The translations under genes and the position numbers were made by a program. 64,000 bases of DNA from Myxococcota bacterium. Its GTDB lineage: Bacteria > Myxococcota_A > UBA9160 > UBA6930. Location of the stretch: contig OZ245015.1 of assembly GCA_965223705.1 (NCBI GenBank), forward strand, positions 4,160,001-4,224,000, given 5' to 3'. Below the pieces are notes generated by a model. That model saw only the letters and a list, made by a program, of their open reading frames with translations. It was not told where the DNA came from and did no database searches. Shown piece after piece: positions 38,695 to 49,589 of the stretch. Position 1 is the first letter of the stretch. Every line of letters starts with the position of its first letter.

Positions 38695-41600
38695 TCAGCT
38701 CGCGAACAGATCGAGTTGCGACGCGGCGACGCGACCGGTCTCCGCCGACAACCTCGTGACGGTTCCAGTCCGGAGCCACCACAATTCGAAGGGCGGAGAA
38801 TCGGGAAGATTCAACGCCTCGCGGACGGCGCGAACGTAGATGTCACCTTGTCGCCGGTAGGACTCCCCCGCCAGCGACTCGGTACCCGGCTCGACGCGGT
38901 CGGTCTTGAAATCCGCGATGACAATGCGCCCCGACGCATCTCGGTAGACCAGATCGATGGCACCGGCGATCGCCGCGAGCGCCGGATCGTCCGGAGTCGA
39001 CGGGGCGATGATGGGGAGTTCGCGGGCGATGACGTTCGGCAGCAAGGCCTCGAGACGCGCGAACAATGGCCCTTCGATGAAGCCTTCGAGAATCGCCTCG
39101 ACCTCCGCTCGCGCTGCGCGGATCGACTCGGCGGGAAGGTTCGCCTCGAGGTTGTGGCGTGCGGTTCGAACAAGTGCGGTGCGTGCGTCCCGCGGATCGG
39201 CGACGGAACGAATCTCCTCGAGCGCCGCGTGAACCGCTTCGCCGACCGCGAGGGCCTCGGGCCGCGAGAGCGACGCGACCGAGGTCATCGGTTTCTTCAA
39301 CGCCGGCGTTTCGTCGAGCTCCGCGCGCTCGGACGCGATGCCGACCCAAGGCCGCTCCTCTCGCAACGATGCCTCGCGACGACGCGCGAGGACCCGCGCG
39401 TACTCGGTCCGCCAGGCATCGAGTGAGGCGCTCGACACGGGCGCAGGCGGTGGTTTGGAGCTACCGCCCTCGGGCCGCCAAAGCGCGGGAAACGCGAACG
39501 TCCGACCCGGTTCGGCGTCGGAGCGTGCGCCGGAGTCGCGACGCGCTTCGAGCTCCTCGTGGTCGGGGACGTCTCCCATCGCGATCAAGTCCGCGGTCGT
39601 GCGCGCGAAGCGGAGGTCGCTCGCCCGGTCTTTCGGCCAGATGCCCGAGAGCACGAGATCGTTCTTCGCGCGCGTCATCGCGACGTAGAGGAGCCGGACT
39701 TGTTCCGCCGCTTCGTTCGCGTCGCGAATTTCGGCGAGCTCCCAATCAGGCAGGTTCGCGACACCCGCAAACCGCATGCCCGGCGGCTCCCCGGGCCGCG
39801 AGAGGCGGGTCTCGGGCGGCGCGTTTCGGATGCCCCGGTGCGTGCGCAACAGATAGACGCGCTCCCAGTCGAGCCCCTTCGCCGCGTGGATCGTCGAAAG
39901 CGTGACCGCGTTCCCGTCGGCCGGGAGCACCGCTTCCGCTTCCACGTCGTCGGGTCGGGTGAGGATGCGTTCGACTTCGTCGATGACCGCGAGCGGCGTT
40001 CGACTCGATTCCCCCAAGCCTTCCTCAACCAGCGCGAACACGCGCGACAGCTGCTCGACGCGGTGGGAGCCTTGGGACCAACCGGCCGTCATGGCATCGA
40101 GAACGAACACGCGACGCAGACGGTCGAGCCACGGTGCAGGGGGTTCTCGCTCCGCCTTCTCGCGGACGTGCGCGAGCGCGCTCAGAGCAAAACGCAACGA
40201 GTGGGCCCAGTCGGGAAGTGAATCGCCGGCGGCTTCGCGCAGGAGTGCTTCGACACGCCGTTCCGTGTCGGTATCCCACGCGCGCAGGGTGCGCACGAGC
40301 GCGGGCAGGCCCGCCCGAAGCAGCGCCTCGAGTGACGCGTCGGGAACGCCGACCCAAGCCGATCGCAACCAAGTCACCAGCGCGAAACGATCTTCGGAAC
40401 CGATCGCGCAGCGCAGAAGCGCGAGCGCATCGCGAATCTCTCGTCGGGGGACACCCGCCGTCTCCCGCGCGACCTGATAGGGCACGCCGCGGTCGCGCAG
40501 CGCATCGCAGTAGACGTCGAGATCTCCACCGGTTCGGAACAGCAGGGCGATCTCCGACCAGGACGTGCCTTCCGAATGAGCGCGCGCGACGTCCGCCGCG
40601 ACGGCACGCGCCTCGATTCGCGCCGCTTCATCGACGCGGGGGGGACGATCGTTTTCGTCCCATAGGACCCAATGTGCGACCGATCCGGCCTCGCTTTCTT
40701 TCCGGGCCGGAAGGAGACGTTCGAAGGCCGGCTGCCGCCCGGCCTCGGCGCGCATCACCGCGCCGACGATGCGCTCGACCTCGTCGAGCACCCCGGGCAC
40801 CGATCGAAAATTGACGGTCAGCGCGAGGCGCGCGCCTCCTCGAGATCGCAGCTCCTCGGCAAAGGACTCGTACGCTCGGAGATCGGCGGAGCGAAACCCG
40901 TAGATCGACTGTTTGGGGTCGCCGACGACGAAGAGGCCGGGCCGTTCACCACCCGCGGAATCGAACGCCAAGTATCGGAGAATTTCACACTGCACAGGAT
41001 CCGTGTCTTGAAATTCGTCGACGAGAATTTGCTCGAGGCGTCCCTGCCAGTGACGGCGAATGTCGGCGCGCGTTGCGAGCAGAGAGCGGGTTTCGCCGAG
41101 CAGTGCATCGAACGTGACCACACCCCTCGCCCGCAGTCGCTCGGCTGCCTCGGCGGCGAGCGTTGCCAACACACGGCGTGTCGCGTGAAAGCGCTCCGGG
41201 TCGTAGCTCCGCAGCGCTCGCACCCGAGGCAGCAGCGCGGCGGCGGCTCGCGCCAACTGCGAAGCGTCACCGCCCAAGGCGCGCTCCTCGGAGCGCGTCC
41301 AGCGCGCACGAGACCACGCCGACAAACGGGTGACGAATCGGGGCTCCCAGCCCTCCCCGCGCGAAGCCAACACGTCGGCGTCGGGCTGCGCACCTTGACG
41401 TGCGGCTGCAACGAGAGCTGCGGCGACGCTCCCCGGCAGCCCTTCCGCCGCAGCCACGAGCTCGCGACACGCCGAGCGGAACGACTCCGCGAAGGCCGGC
41501 CCGGGATCTTCGCGATCGTCGGCGAGTCGGCGCGGCCCGTCGTCCGCCGCGAGCACGGTCAACAGCGCCTGTTCCAGCTCTTTCGGCCCCACGCCGTGGG

Positions 41601-42180
41601 TCGCGATTCGCCGCCAATCCGGATCGGCGCCTTCCGCGAACGCGCGGGCCAAGCCCTGCTCGATCACCTCGCGGACGACCGAGCGAGCGAGCGAACCATC
41701 GGCGTCGACCAGAAACTCCGGGTGTAGGCGGGCAGCTAGCGGAGCACCGAGGAGGATGCGTCGACAGAACGCGTGGATCGTGCCAACGAAGAAATGCTCG
41801 AAACTCGCGAGCAGCGCCGCGGCTCGCGGGCGCGCATCCTCGAGCCCCTCCGGGACCATGCCCAACGGGATTCGACCCTCGGCTAACGCCGCGAGCGCTT
41901 CGCGTAGACGCTGTGCCATTTCTCCGGCGGAAGCTTCCGTGAACGTGATGGCGACGCAGCCGCGGAGAACGCGCGCCGCGCGGGCGGCGATATCCGCTTC
42001 GGTTTCTCGACTTGCAGCGCGCTCCCAGCCCGGGCCGGTGCACCAGCGAACCAGACGCGCGACGAGGACCGCCGTCTTTCCCGTTCCGGCGCCCGCTTCG
42101 AGGAGAATCGGCGTGGAGAAATCGGCCTCTGCGCGGTGTCGCGCGTCTCGGTCGGCATGGGGTTGTGTGTTCGCGCTCAT
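38695..42180 (-). CDS. addA: AddA-type helicase-nuclease (UvrD-like + PD-(D/E)XK)
   Basis: EAGAGTGKT, VDEFQDT, VGDPKQSIYGFR, TIHAAKGLDW, LLYVAMTRA, GAIDL..ADFKTD. Confidence 0.9.
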   Translation of the reverse strand: MSANTQPHADRDARHRAEADFSTPILLEAGAGTGKTAVLVARLVRWCTGPGWERAASRETEADIAARAARVLRGCVAITFTEASAGEMAQRLREALAALAEGRIPLGMVPEGLEDARPRAAALLASFEHFFVGTIHAFCRRILLGAPLAARLHPEFLVDADGSLARSVVREVIEQGLARAFAEGADPDWRRIATHGVGPKELEQALLTVLAADDGPRRLADDREDPGPAFAESFRSACRELVAAAEGLPGSVAAALVAAARQGAQPDADVLASRGEGWEPRFVTRLSAWSRARWTRSEERALGGDASQLARAAAALLPRVRALRSYDPERFHATRRVLATLAAEAAERLRARGVVTFDALLGETRSLLATRADIRRHWQGRLEQILVDEFQDTDPVQCEILRYLAFDSAGGERPGLFVVGDPKQSIYGFRSADLRAYESFAEELRSRGGARLALTVNFRSVPGVLDEVERIVGAVMRAEAGRQPAFERLLPARKESEAGSVAHWVLWDENDRPPRVDEAARIEARAVAADVARAHSEGTSWSEIALLFRTGGDLDVYCDALRDRGVPYQVARETAGVPRREIRDALALLRCAIGSEDRFALVTWLRSAWVGVPDASLEALLRAGLPALVRTLRAWDTDTERRVEALLREAAGDSLPDWAHSLRFALSALAHVREKAEREPPAPWLDRLRRVFVLDAMTAGWSQGSHRVEQLSRVFALVEEGLGESSRTPLAVIDEVERILTRPDDVEAEAVLPADGNAVTLSTIHAAKGLDWERVYLLRTHRGIRNAPPETRLSRPGEPPGMRFAGVANLPDWELAEIRDANEAAEQVRLLYVAMTRAKNDLVLSGIWPKDRASDLRFARTTADLIAMGDVPDHEELEARRDSGARSDAEPGRTFAFPALWRPEGGSSKPPPAPVSSASLDAWRTEYARVLARRREASLREERPWVGIASERAELDETPALKKPMTSVASLSRPEALAVGEAVHAALEEIRSVADPRDARTALVRTARHNLEANLPAESIRAARAEVEAILEGFIEGPLFARLEALLPNVIARELPIIAPSTPDDPALAAIAGAIDLVYRDASGRIVIADFKTDRVEPGTESLAGESYRRQGDIYVRAVREALNLPDSPPFELWWLRTGTVTRLSAETGRVAASQLDLFAS

Positions 42181-45170
42181 TGCGACCCGAGTTCCCACGC
42201 GCGAAACCAGTCCTGCGAAGCGTCGTCCGATGTGACCCGTTCGATGCGTTCGAGCAGTGCGCGGCGCTCGCGATCTCCGGATCGGTTGCAGGCCGCGGCG
42301 ACGTCGCAGAGCCGGCAGGCATCGGGTTCGCGGCCTTCGGGTGTGGTCAAGCGCGGAAAGAAGCTCCCCTGTCGCCACACGGCGAGCGCGGCGCTCGCGG
42401 CGTCTTCCAACAACGCGCGCGTCGCCGAATCCGCTCCGTCGAGCGACGTGATGGCACGGTCCGGCGATGCCTCGGGTCGGCTCATCAAGTAACGCCCCGT
42501 CGCGGGGCCTTCCGGCGCCAACGCGTAGGCGGCAGCTTGAAGCGCGGGAGGCTTCGGGGGACGACCTGTCTTGATATCCGTCAGGGTAAAGCGCTCGCCG
42601 TCGCGCTGAATTCGATCGGCTCGAAAGCGGACGCGACCCCCGGGCGCATCCTCGAGGGCAACGTCTCCGTAGGTCTCCACCGCGAGCCACGGCGCATCAC
42701 CCTCCGCCGTGTCGATCTCGCGAATTCGCGCGAGATGGCGGCGGGTTCTTTCGGCGAGAGCCCGCGCGAAGCCCGGCAACAACACACCGGCTTCGCCGCT
42801 ACACGCGGTAGCCACCTCGAGAAGAAGCGCATCGAGCTCGGCGTCCACCGGCCACGCCACCTTCCGGGCGTCTTCCGCCGACAAACTCTCGAGCTCGGCG
42901 TCTGCGGCGACGCCCGACCGAACGCCGATGGCCTCGAGTGCGCGATGCACGCAGTTGCCGACGAGGCGCGGGTCCAAGCCCGGCAAGGCGCCGGGGCTTT
43001 GTTCCCGCGGTCGCGCCCGCAGGATTCGCTCTACGTAGAAGCGCCAGGGACAGCGGAGCAGGCCTTCCATCGCCGTCACGTAGAGCCCGCTCGCCGGAGC
43101 GGGCGGCGGCACGAAACCCCAATCGAGCTCGCCGCGAGCGGCCGATCCGCCGACGACTCGCAGAGCCAGTGCCGCTCCGTCCGCCGTCGTACCGCGTTCA
43201 CCGGCGGCCGCCTCGAAGGCCTCTCCCAGCGCTTCTACGTATCCATCGCGGCCGGCGAGTTCGACCGCGCGAGCGGCTGCCTCGCGATCCAACGCTGTCG
43301 ATCCAGCCGCGCCCTCCGAAATCCGCAGCGTCTCGATGAGAGGTGATCGCGGCAGAGGTCGCCCCTCTGCGTCGAACATCGACCAGGAGAACGTCACACG
43401 ATCCGCAGCACTTCGAAGTTGCGCGGCGAGATAGCGCTCCTCATCGTGACCGCGTTCCTTGATCGGCAAGTCCGGGAGGAGCGGCCGCAGGCTCAGGCGA
43501 ACGGAATCGTCCATCAGGGAGTCTTCGCGGACCGGGCGTGGGAAGATGTCGCGGTTCATTCCCAGAACGAACAAGCGATCGAACCGGAGACCGCGCGCCT
43601 CCATCACCGTCAGGAGTCGAACGCCGCCCCCGTTTCCGCCGAGCGAGACGCGCCCGAGATTCTCGGACGCGCGGTCGAAAAGGAGCGAGAAGTCCTCGGG
43701 GCGGAGGGCGATCCCGTCCGGGAGCCCCTTGCGGATCTCATCGAGCGCGGTGCGCACCGCCGCGTGGGGCTCCTCTCGGTCCGCACGTTCTTTGCCGAGT
43801 GCCCGCATGGCGAGCGCGACACGGGTGTCGAAGCCGCGACCGGAAAAGTCGGCCGCGAAGCGGCGCGCGTCGCGCCACAGGGCGGTCGCCTCGCTTCGAC
43901 CCGCTTCCGGCGTCGACCGACGCGCGGGTTCGGGGCACTGTTCGGGCAGGTCGACGAGTCGGTTCGATGCCCAAAGCGAGACCCAACCCATCGCGTCGGG
44001 CGAAGCATCCCGGGCGGCGAGCCACGTTTCGAGCCGCGCGCGCGGTCCTAGCGCGAGGAGCGCCTGGAGCGCGCGGATCCGTCGGCGCCAAGGCCCCGCA
44101 GCGGTGTGTTCACCCGGCGCACCGGAAAATGGAATGCCCGCAGCGCGCAGCGCTTTTTCGAGCCCTCGTCGGTACGGCTCGAGATCTCGCGCGACCAGAC
44201 CGATTCGCTCGGGGGCTGTCCCGCTCGCGATCTCCTCCGCTACCGCGGCGACCGCGTGTGCTTGTTCTTCTGCGGGATTGCGCGCGGCAATCCCCAACGC
44301 GGTGCTCGAGGGAACCGCGGCGCCCCGAGCCGTACCGGCGATGCCAGCAAAGCGAACCTGCAGGGGCTCGGCAAAGCGCAGCGCTTCGGGTGGCGCGTTC
44401 TCCGGAACGTCGAACACGGCGCGCACCGACTCGCACCGCAGGAGCGTGAGAAGAAAACGCGCTTGGCTTCCGGTGGCGTCGGCGAAGCCGTAGAGCACGG
44501 CGGCGCGCGCGGCGAGCCTTTCCGGGCCATCTTCAAGGATCGCCGCCGCTCGCTCGAAACGATCCGATCGATGTGCGAACCCCAGCCGCCCGAACGCCTC
44601 ACGCACACCGAGAGCGATTCGAAGGATCGCCAGGGTCTCGCCCGCGGCTTGGGTTCCGAGCAGCGCCAACCGCTCGGCGCACGCTTCGAAGTGCTCGGCG
44701 CGGAAACCGGCGTCGAGGAGATCCGCGACGGTCGGTCCAAGGGCTCCGTAGCCGTCTTCAAAACCCGCGAGCGCGCGTCGCAGGGTGCCGGCGTCTCCCT
44801 CGCCCGCGAGGGTTTCCGCGACGCGACGGACCAGGAGCGGAAACAGCAGCTCGCCGTCCGCGGGGCCGGCCCCTTCTTCCGTCGTGAGGATCTCGTCGAC
44901 GAGCGCCCCTAGCGTCTGGACCCGAACGCCAAGGACGCTGCCGCACGCCTCCGCAATGCGTGCCGTGAGGTGCACGCGCAGCGTGCGCGACGGGACGACG
45001 ACGCGCAGCGGCAGAGCACAGCGCCCCGGCTCCGAGCGAAGCACTTCCGCGTCTTCGCGAATCCTCTCGAACAACCAGGCTTCGGCCGCGCGAGCCCCGT
45101 CGCACACGATCGTGCGCGCGTCGCCACGGCTACCGCGATTCGGCGCGCCCCCCGCGCGCGGTGAGACCAC
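42177..45170 (-). CDS. addB: AddB-type inactive helicase + nuclease with Fe-S cysteines
   Basis: EARGLRFD, RCPWRFY, RADRI...DIKTG, CRLCDVAAAC; overlaps the addA start. Confidence 0.85.
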   Translation of the reverse strand: MVSPRAGGAPNRGSRGDARTIVCDGARAAEAWLFERIREDAEVLRSEPGRCALPLRVVVPSRTLRVHLTARIAEACGSVLGVRVQTLGALVDEILTTEEGAGPADGELLFPLLVRRVAETLAGEGDAGTLRRALAGFEDGYGALGPTVADLLDAGFRAEHFEACAERLALLGTQAAGETLAILRIALGVREAFGRLGFAHRSDRFERAAAILEDGPERLAARAAVLYGFADATGSQARFLLTLLRCESVRAVFDVPENAPPEALRFAEPLQVRFAGIAGTARGAAVPSSTALGIAARNPAEEQAHAVAAVAEEIASGTAPERIGLVARDLEPYRRGLEKALRAAGIPFSGAPGEHTAAGPWRRRIRALQALLALGPRARLETWLAARDASPDAMGWVSLWASNRLVDLPEQCPEPARRSTPEAGRSEATALWRDARRFAADFSGRGFDTRVALAMRALGKERADREEPHAAVRTALDEIRKGLPDGIALRPEDFSLLFDRASENLGRVSLGGNGGGVRLLTVMEARGLRFDRLFVLGMNRDIFPRPVREDSLMDDSVRLSLRPLLPDLPIKERGHDEERYLAAQLRSAADRVTFSWSMFDAEGRPLPRSPLIETLRISEGAAGSTALDREAAARAVELAGRDGYVEALGEAFEAAAGERGTTADGAALALRVVGGSAARGELDWGFVPPPAPASGLYVTAMEGLLRCPWRFYVERILRARPREQSPGALPGLDPRLVGNCVHRALEAIGVRSGVAADAELESLSAEDARKVAWPVDAELDALLLEVATACSGEAGVLLPGFARALAERTRRHLARIREIDTAEGDAPWLAVETYGDVALEDAPGGRVRFRADRIQRDGERFTLTDIKTGRPPKPPALQAAAYALAPEGPATGRYLMSRPEASPDRAITSLDGADSATRALLEDAASAALAVWRQGSFFPRLTTPEGREPDACRLCDVAAACNRSGDRERRALLERIERVTSDDASQDWFRAWELGSQ

Positions 45171-45178
45171 CGAAGGTG

Positions 45179-45661
45179 CTAGAGCACCGAAAGGATGGCT
45201 TCGGCTTTGCTCACTTCGAACTTCATCGGCTCTTCGACGGCCAGATGCGTCACAACGCCGTCCTCAGCCACCAGGGCGTATCGCTGACACCGCGCGCCCA
45301 AACCGAAACCGCTGCCGTCCATCTCGAGACCCACGGCGCGCGTGAAGTCCCCGTTTCCATCGGCGACCATCAGCACTTTGTCGCCGACGCCGCGCTCCTG
45401 TCCCCACGCCGACATCACGAAGGGATCGTTGACGGAAATGCAGGCAATCGTGTCGACGCCCTTGGCCAGGATCGCGTCGGCGTTCTCGACGAAACCCGGG
45501 AGATGGTTGTTGGAGCAGGTCGGCGTGAACGCGCCGGGAACGGCAAACAGCACGACTTTCTTACCGCTGAAAATGTCCGCGGTCGTTAGGTCGCTCATGC
45601 CCTCGGACGTCAGCGTCTTGAAGGTCACTGCGGGGATCTTGTCACCTACCTGAATAGCCAT
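45179..45661 (-). CDS. Peroxiredoxin (Prx5-like)
   Basis: VPGAFTPTCSNNHLPG, SVNDPFVM. Confidence 0.94.
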   Translation of the reverse strand: MAIQVGDKIPAVTFKTLTSEGMSDLTTADIFSGKKVVLFAVPGAFTPTCSNNHLPGFVENADAILAKGVDTIACISVNDPFVMSAWGQERGVGDKVLMVADGNGDFTRAVGLEMDGSGFGLGARCQRYALVAEDGVVTHLAVEEPMKFEVSKAEAILSVL

Positions 45662-45733
45662 TTCGATTCTCCGGGGTTTGAGTTGGAGGCCGAGCATACA
45701 GCGTTTTCCGACGGGCTTCCGTAGCATTTCGGC

Positions 45734-46447
45734 GTGCCGAGGATCGCCAAGCCGCGAATCGGAATCGCTCTTCCCCGCGACGACGGATCCTTGCGCCCCG
45801 GCCGCGTCACCCACTACTTGGACGATCTGTATCTCCGCGCGGTCGTCGAGGCCGGCGCCGAGGCCGTGCTCCTGCCGGCCGGGCCACGCGACGCTTCGCT
45901 CGTCGAGACCCTCGACGGCGTGATCTTCCCGGGCGGCGACGATTTCCCTCCCGACCGCCCCTACGAGGGCGCGACTTTCCGATTGGCCCCGACCGAGCAA
46001 CGGGCGGCGGACGCCGCGCTCGTCGAGAGTGCGCGCCTTCACTCCGTTCCCGTGCTGGGCATCTGTTACGGCATGCAGCTTTTGGCGGTCGAGGCCGGGG
46101 GAGTGCTCTACGCGCATCTCCCCGCGGATCTACCCGGAGCGGGTCCTCACCAACTGGTCCCACCCGAAACGCACGCGGTCGAACTTCTCGCGGGTTCGCG
46201 TACCGAGTCATGGCTCGGTGCGTCGGGGAGCATCCAAGTGGGGAGCCGGCATCACCAAGCGGTCAGCGACCCCGGCCCGGGATTCATCGTCAGTGCGCGT
46301 TCTTCAGACGGTGTGATCGAAGGGATCGAGAGCGAGCGGGGTCTCGGCTGGACAGCCGTGGGCGTGCAGTGGCATCCGGAGGAATCGGCCAAGGAGTTGC
46401 GACTTCGCTTTTTCTCGAGCTTCGTCGCGGCGTGCCGCGACGGGTGA
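45734..46447 (+). CDS. Peptidase C26 / gamma-glutamyl-GABA hydrolase family
   Basis: PGGDD, LGICYGMQ, HHQAV, VQWHPE triad. Confidence 0.92.
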   Translation: MPRIAKPRIGIALPRDDGSLRPGRVTHYLDDLYLRAVVEAGAEAVLLPAGPRDASLVETLDGVIFPGGDDFPPDRPYEGATFRLAPTEQRAADAALVESARLHSVPVLGICYGMQLLAVEAGGVLYAHLPADLPGAGPHQLVPPETHAVELLAGSRTESWLGASGSIQVGSRHHQAVSDPGPGFIVSARSSDGVIEGIESERGLGWTAVGVQWHPEESAKELRLRFFSSFVAACRDG

Positions 46448-46467
46448 GGCGGATGCCTCACCCGTCG
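46438..46467. terminator. Hairpin between convergent genes
   Basis: CGACGGGTGAGGC-GGAT-GCCTCACCCGTCG, perfect 13-bp stem, no U-tract. Confidence 0.65.
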
Positions 46468-46475
46468 GGCCGTAC

Positions 46476-46826
<351 letters not shown>

Positions 46827-48197
46827 CTACTGCTCGTTCGTCGCGAGAACGTTTGCGGGTGAGGCTTGCGCTCGGCCTGCACCGCTGGTGTCGAAGATGC
46901 CGGCCGAACTCCCGAGGTCGTAGCCGTGCATACCGTGCTCGGCGAGATCCAAGCCTTCGATCTCTTCTTCCTCGGAAACCCGGATTCCGATCGAGGCTTT
47001 GAGCACGCCGAAGAGAATCATCGCGGACCCGAAGGCGAAGACACCGTAGGCCACGACACCGATCAGCTGCGTAACGAAGCTGTGCTCGGGATTCGTCGAG
47101 AAGATGCCGACGGCGAGAGTTCCCCAGATACCGCACGTCAGGTGCACGGAGATCGCTCCCACCGGGTCGTCGATCTTGATGCGATCGAAGAACACGACGG
47201 AGAGCACCACGAGAACACCCGCGACGAGACCGATCAGGGTCGCCGTGAACGGCGTCATGACGTCGGCGCCGGCCGTGATGCCGACGAGACCCGCGAGAAT
47301 GCCGTTTAGCGCCATCGAGAGGTCGGGCTTACTGGTGATCATCTGCGAGGTGAACATCGCGCCGATCGCACCCGCGGAAGCCGCGATACACGTCGTCACC
47401 AGCGTAAGAGACGTGAGATCGGGGTCTGCGGAGAGAACCGAGCCACCGTTAAAGCCGAACCACCCGAGCCACAACAAGAAGACGCCGATGGTCGCAAGGG
47501 GCATGTTGCTGCCGGGGATCGGCATCATGTTGCCGCTCTTCGTGTATTTCCCGAGGCGCGGACCGAGAAGCCAGGCGCCAGCGAGTGCTCCCCAGCCTCC
47601 GACCGAGTGCACCAGCGTCGAGCCCGCAAAATCGTAGAAGCCCATGCCGTCGAGCCAACCGCCGCCCCACTTCCAGGAGCCGGCGATCGTGTAGACGAAT
47701 GCGACGAACACGACGGAGAACAGCATGAATGCCGAAAGCTTGATCCGTTCGGCGACGGCACCCGAAACGATGGTTGCGGCCGTCGCGGCGAACATCGCTT
47801 GAAACAGGAAATCCGTGTAGTAGGTGTAACCGCCGTCGGCGTAACCCGCCGACTGGCCGTCCGCTCCCGGATCGAGTCCGATGCCGGCGAAACCGACCCA
47901 ACCGTTGAAGTCGCCGGGGTACATCAAATTGAAGCCGCACAGGTAGTAGGTCAGGATGCCCGCCGAGATGATGAACGTGTTCTTGAACAGAATGTTCGTC
48001 GTGTTCTTCGCTCGGGTGAGTCCCGACTCAAGCGACGCAAAGCCCAAGTGCATGATGAAGACGAGGCCCGCGCAGAGCATCATCCAGACGTTGTTGGCTG
48101 TGAATTGGCCGACGCTGATCTCGGCGGCTTCTTCGGCGACAGCGGCGGCGGGAAGAAGGGCCGTAGCGAGGGCGACTACGGTAAGGGCGCGTAACAC
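46827..48197 (-). CDS. amtB: Ammonium transporter
   Basis: FQAMFAATAATIVSGAVAER, DFAGSTLVH, GWFGFNGGS, DDPVGAISVH. Confidence 0.96.
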   Translation of the reverse strand: MLRALTVVALATALLPAAAVAEEAAEISVGQFTANNVWMMLCAGLVFIMHLGFASLESGLTRAKNTTNILFKNTFIISAGILTYYLCGFNLMYPGDFNGWVGFAGIGLDPGADGQSAGYADGGYTYYTDFLFQAMFAATAATIVSGAVAERIKLSAFMLFSVVFVAFVYTIAGSWKWGGGWLDGMGFYDFAGSTLVHSVGGWGALAGAWLLGPRLGKYTKSGNMMPIPGSNMPLATIGVFLLWLGWFGFNGGSVLSADPDLTSLTLVTTCIAASAGAIGAMFTSQMITSKPDLSMALNGILAGLVGITAGADVMTPFTATLIGLVAGVLVVLSVVFFDRIKIDDPVGAISVHLTCGIWGTLAVGIFSTNPEHSFVTQLIGVVAYGVFAFGSAMILFGVLKASIGIRVSEEEEIEGLDLAEHGMHGYDLGSSAGIFDTSGAGRAQASPANVLATNEQ

Positions 48198-48233
48198 GGT
48201 GGGACCTCCATTGGTTGAGACGTAGGTCCACTA

Positions 48234-48249
48234 AGCAACGGGCGTGCCA
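48234..48249 (-). promoter_or_regulatory. Sigma54 promoter of amtB-PII
   Basis: Minus strand TGGCAC-GCCCG-TTGCT. Confidence 0.88.
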
Positions 48250-48297
48250 GGTCGGCTGCGGGTGCGCGGGCGCAACGGGCGCAACAAGGTCCCCGGC

Positions 48298-48336
48298 TGC
48301 TCAGAATTTCGCCCGCAGCTGCTGCCTTTCTGGGCA
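48298..48336. promoter_or_regulatory. Possible tandem NtrC-like sites
   Basis: TGC-N11-GCA at 48320-48336 and a half-match at 48298-48314, 22 bp apart. Confidence 0.35.
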
Positions 48337-48346
48337 GTGCGCGCGC

Positions 48347-49498
48347 TTAAGGCAGGGCGTTGGTGGCCCGGGAGAGACCTTCGCGGAGCAGCTTCGGGCT
48401 GGTGGCGAAGTTGATCCGCACGTAGCCCCGCCCGGGCTCTCCGAAGTGGGCGCCATCGCTGAACGCAACCCGTCCGCGATCTCGGAAATGGGCGTAGGGC
48501 GACGGCGACAGGCCCAGGGCGCGAGCGTCGACCCAGGCCAGATACGTGGCTTCGGGGACGTGGGCCCGAGCTGCGGGCCACTGTCGCCTCACTTCGTCGA
48601 CGGTGAAGTCGCGGTTCACTCGGAGTGCCTGCAATACCTCCTCGAGCCAGGAATCGCCGGCCTCCCACGCCGCCCGGGTCGCCACGAGGCCCATTTGGGA
48701 CAGCCCGCCGCGGACGTGGCCGGGCAGAGCCTTGAACGCCCTTTTCGCCTCGGTACTCCCGAACGCAGCGACGGCGCAGCGCAAGCCCGCGATATTGAAT
48801 GCCTTCGACGCGGAGTAGAGGGTCACGGTACGGGCCCCGATCTCCGGCGAGAGGGAAGCGATCGGGACGTGACGCGCCCCCGGATAGACGAGGTCGGCAT
48901 GGATCTCGTCGCTCACGATCGTCAGATCTCGCTCGATCGCGAGTTCCGCGAGGGCCTCGAGTTCAGCACGGCGGAACACGCGACCGGTCGGGTTGTGCGG
49001 GTTGCATAGGAGGAGGAGCCGCGTCCGATCGTCGCAAGCGGCCCGAGTCACATCGAAGTCGATTTCGTAGCCGTCCCGGGCGTCCACCAACGGCGCCTCC
49101 GCCAGTCGGCGCCCGGTCTCTCGAACGGCCTGCAGGAACGGCGGATAGATGGGCGTCTGTACGAGGATCCCGTCCCCTTCGCGGGTCAGTTGGAGCAGCG
49201 CGACGTAGATCCCCTGAACCACCTCGCACAGGAGCTCGACGTTTCCGGGATCGACGTGCCAGTCGAACCGCCCTTCCATCCGCGCCGCAAACCGTTCGGC
49301 GATGCCGGTCTGGTGCGGGGCGCGTGGATATCCGAAATCCGAGATTTCGAGGCAATCGGCGAGCGCGTCTCGGATTGCGGGCGCCGTGCCGAAATCCATG
49401 TCGGCGACCCACATCGGCAGAACGTCCGGCGGGTAGTGCTGCCATTTTTCACCTTGGGTGCGCCGTCGCTCGGCGAGATCGACCAGGAGCTTCGTCAT
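48347..49498 (-). CDS. MalY/PatB PLP enzyme (cystathionine beta-lyase-like)
   Basis: PMWVADMDF, CNPHNPTG, SDEIHADL, SASKAFN, EATYLAW. Confidence 0.93.
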   Translation of the reverse strand: MTKLLVDLAERRRTQGEKWQHYPPDVLPMWVADMDFGTAPAIRDALADCLEISDFGYPRAPHQTGIAERFAARMEGRFDWHVDPGNVELLCEVVQGIYVALLQLTREGDGILVQTPIYPPFLQAVRETGRRLAEAPLVDARDGYEIDFDVTRAACDDRTRLLLLCNPHNPTGRVFRRAELEALAELAIERDLTIVSDEIHADLVYPGARHVPIASLSPEIGARTVTLYSASKAFNIAGLRCAVAAFGSTEAKRAFKALPGHVRGGLSQMGLVATRAAWEAGDSWLEEVLQALRVNRDFTVDEVRRQWPAARAHVPEATYLAWVDARALGLSPSPYAHFRDRGRVAFSDGAHFGEPGRGYVRINFATSPKLLREGLSRATNALP

Positions 49499-49589
49499 AA
49501 GGGGAGTCTACCCGGCGCAGCACTGCGTCCTATGGATGGCCCGATCCGGCGTAGCCTTGGGGGAAGACGATGCTTATGTTCTTCCGACG

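Noticed and set aside
38695..45170. Helicase + nuclease pair as a defence system
   Set aside because: Gene order, motifs and Fe-S cysteines fit housekeeping AddAB repair
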